Of a stretch of 64,000 nt of DNA, positions 28,248 through 38,869 are shown one piece after another. The notes under the pieces are model-generated. The model saw only the letters and a list, made by a program, of their open reading frames with translations. It had not been told where the DNA came from and did not search any database. Position numbers and translations under genes: made by a program. The stretch's first letter is position 1. Every line of letters begins with the position of its first letter. Source of the DNA: Bugula neritina (lineage: Eukaryota; Animalia; Bryozoa); the NCBI GenBank assembly GCA_964035545.1, contig OZ037769.1:8723929-8787928 (forward strand), given 5' to 3'.

Positions 28248-29562
28248 TACAGTTACCTTCTTGATTCTTAAGGTAAGCTTTTCTTTGCTGGCTGATGAGG
28301 AACTGTAAATTATAAAGTTAGTGACTGTACAGGAGAATGTTCCATCATGCAATTATAGTTTCAGGCAGACCTTGGTCATTGGGTGAAACCTGCGCTATTA
28401 ATTACTAGTTCTAAATTGAGTCAAGTTATGGAATATTTGAAGAAATACTTTAAAACTGCAAAAAAATGTTAGGATTTACCTCAGGCTCTTTTTTTGTATC
28501 TCTCAGCCGGGCATGTTATCATTAACCTAACCACACTGATTTAATAGTGTAGTTGTAAATAGGTTCCTTGGATTTTATTATAAAGTTTACATTCATTGTA
28601 GTATGCCTATTAGTGTGTCCCAGCCTCAAGATTTTTCAAGGGAAGATAACTTCTATCATGCAGCAAACATGCGACCTTTGAAATGTCATTTCCTATTTCT
28701 AATGTTCGCAACTTCCCTAAATTTTATGATGAATGATTAAGCTTTTGGCAGATCTGTTCTTATCATAGTTTAGATGATGTTCAGATATGTCCCAACTTTT
28801 TTCACAATTTCATTTCAGCTTGTTTTTCTTTCATCCTGGTAGGATTCTGGCAAGAAATTATTCTGCTTTACCACTGTAGTAAGTAATCATGGACAACCAT
28901 ATGTTTAACCCTGTTCTTGTTTATTTTATAGAAATGTTTAGGAGTGGTTTTGTTGCGTATGATAGCTGACATAAAGAGAATACAAGAAAGTTTCGCCTTC
29001 AACTTCTTGGAGGATTTGTAATGGTCTAAAAGTTTTACTAATTATATTCACATATTTATATAATAGAGAAAACTAATAAAATTTCATTAACATTAACAGT
29101 TTTATTAATTTTGTGTTGCGCGACATAAAAGTAACATACATACAATTGATATATATATACAATAAGAATAATATAGTGTGCAGCAAAACAAATCTGAGGG
29201 CATCACGTAAGATAGTATACAATATATAGCACCAATGCAACTATGTCAAGCAATAAACAAGTAAATTGACACAAAATGTACATTTTGTAAGGTATATAAG
29301 CAATGAAAGGAAGACTAAAAAGCTAACTGTACAAGAAGTGACTATTGGTTTTATACAAACAAGACATGACTGAGAAATCATTTCATTTAACAGATGAATG
29401 GCAAAAATTATAAAAATGCTTAGTAATTGGCTGTGTCGCACTTTAATAAACCTAGAGAAAAATGTTTCATATAGACGAGGGAAGAACTCTCAAAGTAACC
29501 TGCATATTTCTAATTGGCATGTTTCAAGGACTGAGTGTGGGTGGACTGTGCTTGTTTGCTAG

Positions 29563-32500
29563 TCAACGGTGACCCAAGGCTAGATATGTCAGAGCACGAA
29601 CTGCACTCAGCTCTTTGTCGTTCAGAGACCTACAATTTATAACATTGTGATAGTTACACTTCAAGGTACCTCTTCACAGGCACAAATAGAACCTATTCTT
29701 GAAAAATCATACATACATGTTGTGAGGAAGCTCCACATTGTAGGACGGCGACGATGAACCATTTCTATTAACATGCACTTGTGTGGAAGCTGCAGAACGA
29801 AAGTAAAACAGTTATCATATTGATAAAGAAAACAATTTTTATTATACGCGAATAGCCCAACAGGTGGCTAGTTTTTATATAAATAAAACTGAATCAACAT
29901 GTCATTTATAAGCAAGATATGTATGCATGTCTTAGATTCATTTACTAGTGGTAACGACAAATATTATTGAAAAATTGTGTCTAATATCTATTTAATCTAA
30001 TTACAATAAAATATATGAAAATTGATAGATCTTTCAATTTCTAAAATAATGAAAATACTCTCAAAAGATAATGAAAAACAGAATGAGTTAAGATGTGAAC
30101 CAATAGATGCTCTGAGATAGACACTCACTAGGTGTAGGCTGATCGAGTAGAGATTGCTGATAGTGAGTCACAGAACTTGCATCATCCTCATGATCTGCCG
30201 ATGAGAGTGAGTCATATCTGTGAATAGGATTGGCAGATATTTCTGGATAATGTGAGGTGCTGTGGCCATACCTCAGAGTGTCATTCAAATACCTTTGTAG
30301 TATACTGTGTTTGTTTTCACCCTATAAACAACATAATGGACATATAGTTGCAGAGGGTTGGACCTTATGTACTTTGGAAGGTTTTCTTTAATAAAAGATA
30401 AACTAACCAGTCTTCGCCATCTCTATAAAGTAAAACCACCATCTTTTTTATACTACAACAGTAAAGTAGTTCAAAAATATCTATTAAGTTAAAGTGCAAT
30501 ACTGAGTTCAGTTTGTCAAAACACATAGATTTCATCCATCTTTTTATATTAATTGTTTAAAAACCAATTATTTTAGTTTAAAAACCAATTATTTCAGTTT
30601 AAAAGACATAACATATCAATTGTATAATAAGCTGTCAACACACACGAGCTAAATTAATAGAGAAATCATTATAGTCATAATACCATGATAAAACGATAGC
30701 AGTCTGCTCGTGCAGTTTACTACTGAGCTAGAATTCTAGTAAGCTGCATAACATGTTTTGAGCACGTTTTGATGTAATGATATTATAGCAGAAAGATGAA
30801 AGATATGTAATTTTAAATGTTCAACTCTTGATAAGTTAGTGCTATAATTTGCTGCATATGTAGAAACTTACATTATTATCGATTGTTGTTTAATGTTCTA
30901 TTTATAACTCTATCTAATACCAGCAGGATATTCTTATAGATAGCACTTAATTTAGAGAAAATATAGCGTACAACAACTATATTATCAGTCACAAACAACA
31001 TGTTTATATATTATATACTAGCATAATTGATTTTAGATTGCCACATTAAATACATCTCTAGTAACTTGCTTACAGCTGGCTTAGTCATATAGCAAACAGC
31101 AATGGTTCCATGCCTGCTGCTGCTTAGCACTTACTATATTACCAAAAAGCTGGAGGTCTGTCGATTGGTGGATGTGAAAAAAAAACATTAACTTACAGAT
31201 TGACATTGTCATTTGAATGCATGGTGTGTTATAACATATCCCACCCAGTAGACCTCCAGCCTTCCAGTGCTATAGAACAAACTAAGCAGTGCAGAACCTG
31301 CCAGAGAAGTTGAGATCCCTTGATGAAGGAGGTACAACTTCAACTCCACCAAAATCCTGGGCCATACAGAGATTTCTACTCATGCTCACTAATGTAAATG
31401 TTACTATTATTACAAAGGTGAAGTATCAGAATATCTAGATCACAACATTGATCTACAAAGTGGGAGCTATTGTTACTTAAACAAGTAGTGTATGAGGAAC
31501 GCCAACCTGCGGATAGACAGAGGGTTCTGGTTCACCCGCCTTCAGCCTTCTCCTGGCATTGCAAAACCAATTATTAACCTGCAAAAGTTCATTGATTAAA
31601 GTAATAATTCTATAGGAAGTGAAACAAGGAAGAAAGTTTAATGTTACATGAATATATAATATTGCAAACACTAGCAAAAAGCTAATTGCAAGAAAATAAA
31701 AAATTGAGAAATTATATACCATGTTTCCAAGATTAATTTTATGCAAAATTGATTTTCAAAGAAGCTATAGCCCCATAAAGAAAACTTCTTGATGTCTTTC
31801 TACAGTTACCAAAATATGCACCACTTTATGATTCTATGGTTTTGCAAGAAGAAAATGTGGCGGGTTTGAAATAGAATTATGTTTTTTTAGACTAAAACTG
31901 CAGCTCCTTTCTTGGAGTATGTAATTATCATAACATGTAGACATCATATTAAAGAATCCCTGACACACTTTACTTATATAGCACGAAAATATTCATCTAT
32001 ATCTTAGCTATCACTAGACCACCCCTTTGAGGGTGGATGGCTAGACTATTTTGTTTTATAACAAGATTAGTGCATGCATGTCCAGAAAACTTTCGGATTT
32101 CTAAGCTCTCAGTGCACACGTATTACGCCGGTTTCCGGTCTGCTTCGAGTCCTAGTTACTATATAACTAATAGTAATAATTGCATACTTTCACAGCATTT
32201 TATTTTTAGCCACTGCAACACACAGATAAATCACTAAACTGACATAAATTTTAAAACACAGAGTACAACTAAGGCTCAATGAAAAAAACAAATGATACCA
32301 TTTTATTATTGATATTAAGAGCTAAAGTTACTTCCGTTAGAAATTTTGAGCATCGGAAAAATGAAATAGCCTCACCCTCACGATGTAATTAGAACGGGTG
32401 GCTAAGTACGGGGATAACACGATATTGTTGAAAGAAATTAGCTAAATCCAACGAGTGGTAAACTTTTCTATAAAACATTACAAATAATTGCATATTCAAT

Positions 32501-35500
32501 TATGTAACTTATTACGCTTCCAAATAGATTATCATTACCGTAACCGGATATTACCAATATAACCTGTGCCTAGTAGTACTACTACTAGTAGTAGTCGCTC
32601 GCTATCTATATAAATTAGATTTCATATTCATATTGCCATTGGACTCTAATGAACAAACTTATTACCTATATTACTAGTTACACTTACTGTCGACATGACT
32701 ACACGAATGGCTTCAAGTTCTAAAGGCAAATGCAAAAGAAGAGTGTGTGAAGCTGCAATGTGTTCGTACAAGGAAAAACACATGTTTAAACGGCCTGCTG
32801 ATACTGCGTGTGGTGAAAAATGGACCAAGTTTGTCAATACGAAAAGAAAAAACTTTCTGCCTGATAACAACTCTCGTTTGTGTTTTCAGCATTTTGGTGA
32901 TGAACAATTTACAAACATGGGCATGTATAAAACAAAACTCATTAACATGTAAGTGAATAACTCACTCAAACTCATAGTCATAGTGATACTGACTAATGAC
33001 TTAGTGATTGTGATATAATTAGACGATAGGCTAATGATAGTTTTTTTAATGTTGATTTTCAACAATAAGTATAGCCTAACTATAACTATCAACTAGTATC
33101 AAGTATTACTACAAGTTGGTATAAGTCAATAGGATTGTCATGACCGTGTTGATTCAATTTCATGTGACTATGACATAAACTTGCAAGTACAAGTTTGCAT
33201 TTATGATTTACACGATAACCATTATTGTAAGGAAATTCATTTATAATGGCGATAATATGAAAGACTTATGATTATCAGAATGTGTCATAGTCACTTGGAT
33301 ACATACCATTAATATTATGATTCATACGCACTGATACTCATGCTATGAGTATGATACTGGTAATGGTGCCCATCATCAATACCAGTAAAAATTAATGGTA
33401 AATATTGTTCACTTATTGAAAGAATAAAAATTCATTGTCTTTGATTTACTCTTTAGATTGCATTTAGAGAAAACAGCAGTCCCAACTATTCATTTAGTGG
33501 AAACTGAGGGTGCAACTGGATGCACTCCATTAACTCCTCGGAAACAAAGTCAGCAGGCGGCCACTATCACACCTAAAGAAGCTCGCTGGTTAAAAAGAAC
33601 AGACCCTGGTTCTGTAAGGATTATAATATTGAAAATGCGATCTTGAGCAATAAAATTGAAATATGATATAGACAGCAATTGAGATTTTCTGCAGCTGTTT
33701 CAATAATACTTTTCCAGTTACCTTCATATATAATAATATTTTAGAGCTTTGCCAAGTCAAACAAAAAAACCAGCTCTCCATCGTAAGCCAGAAAAGAAGG
33801 GCCTACAGAAAGGAATAGGACACAACAAATATGTGCAAACACCTAAAAGGATGCAGAAAAAGATTAGAAGCAAAGCTGTTCAATGCTGGTATATAGAAAT
33901 ATGGCGAAATAGTATTGTTCACTTAGCTCAAAAACTGAATTCATAGCTTTTCTACATATTTATTTTTATTTAAAATGCATGTTCTAATGCAACAAAAAAC
34001 CAAATATTTTTGTGTAATGGAAATAATATTTTTAATTTTCCACCTCAAGGTGTGTCAAAAATAAATTTGGACAATATATCTACTTGTAGTCTCAGTTTCC
34101 ATTGAAATGTAGATATTGTAGAATATGATCTTAGAGTCACTTGAAAAGTTCAGCGCAAAAATAGTCACCATATTGAAGTATATTCACCATTATTGCAACT
34201 CAAACTCAACGGTAAATTAATTTCAAAGGTCAGGGAGATTGCAAATAATGAGGTTTATTCTCATAGTAAGCTGTACACACTACAAGAGGCAGTAGCAACT
34301 GACTGCTACTAAAAATCACCAGAGTGTTAATGTTCATAAATCTTCATTGTACACGAATTTGCTGAACATCCATTCAGCAAATTCTTCCTCATCTTCAGTT
34401 GGGGGGAATGTAGCTTGCACCCAATCGTATAAGCAAGCTGGTAAAGGGCGTCTCTCACCCTTTTTAATATCTGGAAACAGCCAGAACACCAAAAACCGGT
34501 AGCTGCAGAACCTTTTTTTAGTGTTGAGAGAATGGGCCTTCTCATCAAACAAATCATCTACCAAAATAAATGATTGGCTAAATAATCAAGTAAGACTATC
34601 TAGAAAAACTAACAATGACAGTTACTGATCTACAGTAGCAATTGACTAACCATGATATCTCAGGTAGCTGCTGTATGCAACTTCTAATACAGCTGGTTGC
34701 GTCAATTGCTGTACTCCCGGGTGCTGTGTTATACATTCCATGCTGCTATCTAATCGAAGGTTTGCAGCATGATCACGGCAACAAACAGACTGTTCCACTG
34801 TAGGCTGATTTTGGCAGCGGTGGCAAGTGCACCACTCCGTGGCTGGCCTTATATTTTTCTACAAAACAAACAAGCTTTTCTAAAAACGTTATTACCAGTA
34901 TCATCCACATTAAGTCCATTGATTACTGTGTCTAAATTTGTTTCCTGTATGTTTCTTTGTATTGAAAATTGAGTCCAATGAGGCTGAAGTTTGAAAATAC
35001 TTTAAAATCATGGGTTTTAAAATATTCCAAGTTTGCATTACTGTTCAAACTATTTTTATATTTATAGTTGAAAATTAATTAGATTTTTTATATCAAAACA
35101 AACTCATAATTTTTGCTATGAAATAAACTAATTTTCAGAAATTTTAAAATATTTTATTGTTGTTAGTACTATATGTTATACTATAAAAGCAGAAATTCAG
35201 AGAAATAGGGGGCTTAGAAATAAAATACTAAATGCTATCATCGTGAATGCAAGTTTCACATGATTATGTATGTGATTAACTTATTTTGTTAAGGATCGGT
35301 ATAACCACAATTACAATAAAAGTGAATAATAATTATCATTATTATGCATTTATAAAAATACGGTCTTTCCCTTGACTTAAATTATCAGGTAAATCTAACT
35401 ACAAATAATTAATACTAATACCTGTATTGGTAGTAGTAATAACAAAATTAGTATTGATCAAATATTTAATTACTTGACTGGAATTTGTAATCATTAAATT

Positions 35501-36741
35501 TAATGATTATCACTTTATTATTAATAATATTATTATTATATAAACCGGTAGCAATCATCAAATATTTAGCTTGTAATTTGATATCATGCTTGCTCTAAAG
35601 CTTTAGTAGCACAAAACTCAGCTATATTAACTAATTAAGCCAGGATCAATACGAGCATTGGCATTGAGCATTGGAATTTCGATTACAAAATGAAAATGAA
35701 ATATTATAATTATAATAATTTATAACTTATACTAGCTTATACTTATAACTTAAAGTTAAAGTATTACTATTAGTATTAGTATTACTATTAGTATTACGGT
35801 ATTAGTAACACTATAGTTTATAAAATTAAATCGTACTGATACTGTAAAATTATAAATATTATCACCTGTTGCTCATCAGTAACAGTAAAATCCTTGTCAT
35901 GACTATCATCTCCATTTTCATCTTGATACGTAAACGGCTCAAACTGATAGCCCATTACTTCAGAAATCTCAGTGACAGCGTGAGTGTGATTGTCATAGTC
36001 ATACTCATTGCGATTCTCACTGTGCTCTAAGTATTCTTCGTCAGAGCCAGATATGTTCATATTGATATCGTATTTATGTTATTTCTGTATTAGGTTTATC
36101 TTTATCACAATTACACTGCACAGACTCGGACACGGTAAGTTGGTAGCTATGTATTTATTGCCGCGAAATTTGTTTATGAAATAAAACCTAAATTCCACAA
36201 AAAAATACTAATTGGGGGCTAGACAGACGTCCGATAAATTAAAAATGCTAAAACTAAGGTTACATGCAACGGAAAATATAGCCAATACTTAATTTCCGAA
36301 TGTCTTACAGGCGGCGTTTCCATCTATTTCTCGCAACTGCGGTGTAATACGTCACAGAAGGGCGAAAAAAATTCTCGAAGTTTTTTGGACATGCATGCAC
36401 TAAAACTGTTATAAAACAAAATTGTTTAGACCTGAAACCCTAAAAGAGTGTTAAAATGATAGCTAAGACATAGATGAATATTTTCATGCTATATAAGTAA
36501 AGTGTGTCAGGAATTCTTTAATAATAAAATCAGATACAGAATAGGTATTTATCATAGCAAGTAATAGGTGTTTATGAAGTAGGTATTTATGATAGTAGGT
36601 GATAGGTGATTATGAAGTAGGTATTTAACATACTTGGTTAAACTTCAATCCAGATTGCTCAGCTAACAAAACTTTCTCAGCCCTTGATGGGTAGGGATGA
36701 GCTCTGTTTTTCAAAAACCAAAGCTTTAATGGCTGTGTCAT
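29563..36741 (-). CDS. MKX: Mohawk TALE-class homeobox protein (about 170 aa)
   Basis: Exons 36741-36634, 31578-31507, 30321-30129, 29789-29717, 29629-29563 are phase-compatible. Homeodomain MTQPLKLWFLKNRAHPYPSRAEKVLLAEQSGLKFNQ|VNNWFCNARRRLK has the TALE PYP loop. KHSILQRYLNDTLR and KELSAVRALTYLA resemble the vertebrate Mohawk motifs KSSLLNRYLNDSLR and KEINAAMALTNLA (recalled, not aligned). Confidence 0.88.
32695..33946 (+). pseudogene. THAP zinc-finger N-terminus of the element's transposase; no DDE core seen
   Basis: Exon 32695-32948 has the C2CH pattern CEAAMC...P...W..F...LCFQHF and splices (phase 2) to 33457-33613 with the THAP AVPTI box. A third Lys-rich segment (33749-33946) did not join in frame with the obvious sites. 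Under 400 bp remain before the opposite gene. Confidence 0.78.
34334..36060 (-). CDS. KolX-like / P2X7 cytoplasmic ballast-like Cys-rich protein, 208 aa, 3 exons
   Basis: Exons 36060-35866, 34858-34651 and 34557-34334, all GT-AG, in frame, no stops. Acidic N-terminus with YQFEP, then WCTCHRC..PT...SVCC...CITQHPG and RFCSYRFLVFWLF......RRPLPACLYDWVQATFP, paralleling P2X7 WCQCGSC..LCC..CIT and AYR....W...LPSC....IR..FP. Confidence 0.85.
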
Positions 36742-38869
36742 GTTCAGCAAACCAGAGATGGACACAAAACATGGGCCAAATCACTCAGTGTCTGCAAAAT
36801 TAGAAGATTACCCGCTCAATATCAACTATATGTTACATATGAAAGACATAAACGGAAATTAAAAAGAACAGTAAGCAATTCTGTGTGTTTTCAACAGCTC
36901 AAACAAGGAAGTATTATACTGACGTGAGTTTCAAGTGATGACAAAAATCTTCTAACAACTAGTACTTTCTCATTATAAATATGAGACCTGTAGCTTTCGC
37001 TCAACCTCATTCACCATACACAATACATGTATATACTAAAATGTAGGGAGGCAAAAATGTCTATAACAGCACCTTTTTGCCTCTATAACATAAAATGTTT
37101 AAAGTGCACTTGAGCTTAGGAGAAATAAATTCAATAAATTTCAAGTTTATAACAATATGGTAGCAGAAGACTTTTAACACAGCTGGAGGACTCGGTGACA
37201 AATTTGTAGTTGGCAAAAGTTTCTTGCATACTGGACGTTATTATAGACGAGTATGATTTATACTACTAGTAAATACTTTACAGTGCTCTACAATACAAAT
37301 GGCATCAAGAAACAAAAATATCACTTTGAATCTTTTACTCCTGCCCTTCCTCTTAAAACATAAGTAGGTTTAAGTTCTCAATTTAAATTAATTGCTGTCA
37401 GCATCTCAATTATTTTTTTAAATAGAAAAATTCCAAGATTCTGACCTAACTCAGTTGCTCTAACTTGAAATATATTTTTCATGACAATTAGTCTAGTATT
37501 TAAATACATTGCACTTGCAAGTGTGAAGTACCCATGACTGGTTACACTCACTTTTATCCCCAATCTTCTGATGGCAAACAATGGCACCATGAATAAAACA
37601 GTCTCTAATGACCTAGCAGCAGTTTCGTAGATGCGTCTTATTGTCTTTTTAAAAATAACTGCAAATAAAAAATAGCATTCTATAGATAATTAACAATATG
37701 CATTTAATTTGGTAAACGTCTTGTCAAGTATTGATGACATCAATATGTGATAAATATAATAAGATTTATTAACATTTCTAGACCAAGATAATTTACGATT
37801 CAGGTACTTTCAAGCTTAACTTTGAATTGATAGAACAGTAGTATCACCACTAGTATGACTATCTTTAGATTTACTTGTATGAGACAATTATGAGTATTAC
37901 CAAAATAAAGCAAATTAAATTTAAACATTACACTACTTGTGTAAATTTAGCCTGCCCCAAACCTAAAATGAAGTCAATGTCATATTTGACCTAACATTTG
38001 TCAAACAACGATTGATCTTGCAGCTAGTTATAAGTAAGGTTGCTATTTACAATTGTAGTACTAGTAATACTGATACTTATACTAATAGTTTTGATATTAT
38101 TTAATATTACGAAGCATATTTATTTCAAGACCAAAGCTCAATCAGTAAGTAAATAGAAATTAAAATTACGATTCACAGTTATTGAATTCAAACTTAAAGT
38201 AATAGTAACATGAAACCTAACCATCAGTCATCAACTCAAGTGCAACACTAGTTAACTGTAAAGCTGCATCTGATCTAAGTGTTACGCTAAGTCTAAAAGT
38301 GAGAGTAAAACACAGACTAAGACAAATAATCAAAAACTATTAGTTAAAGCTAAACTTACACTAGCTACAACAGTGGCATTGAGAGTTGAAGTAAGTGTCA
38401 GGCAGAAAGTAAAATCAACTCAAACTATTACATTCAATATTAGTATACTATTAGTAATACTCACTACTATCCGAGTATCAGTAAAGTAGGAGTATGAACA
38501 TAGTCATTAGAATTACATAAGTATAATCGCTCTATAACTATGAGTTATAGTATTGGCCTGAAGTCAAGGAAAAAAACTCAAATCGAAAGTGAAACAGAAA
38601 GAAAATTTACTTCTAGCTTTTATTTAAGCTAGACTAGCTGCTCAACACTAGCTGTCTGAGTTTATCACTTGTACTTACAGTGACTATTACTACTATTATT
38701 GAGTAATGAGAACTATGACTAACAGCATTACAACCACTAGAGCTATTTTAGTATAAATATATGTGAATATCAATATAAAATAATAATAGTTATTACAATC
38801 GTCAATACTCAATAGCCATTGGTAAATTTAAAGTTAATTATAATGTTACACTTAGAGTTGTTAAAACAC

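Larger units (their letters stand above)
31953..36517. mobile_element. Kolobok-type DNA transposon, internally deleted (4565 bp), in Mkx intron 1
   Basis: TTAA at 31949-31952 and 36518-36521; termini AG...CT; ~150-bp imperfect TIR starting AGAAT(C/T)CCTGACACACTTTACTTATATAGCA(C/T)GAAAATATTCATCTAT; contains convergent THAP and ballast-like genes. Confidence 0.88.

Noticed and set aside
31197-31376. GC-richer stretch resembling an extra Mkx exon
   Set aside because: No phase-compatible open exon found; the flanking exons join directly in phase 0.
32012-32024. 13-bp match CACTAGACCACCC between the Kolobok TIR and the LINE tail near 9346
   Set aside because: Matches of this length are expected by chance in 64 kb and it does not extend.
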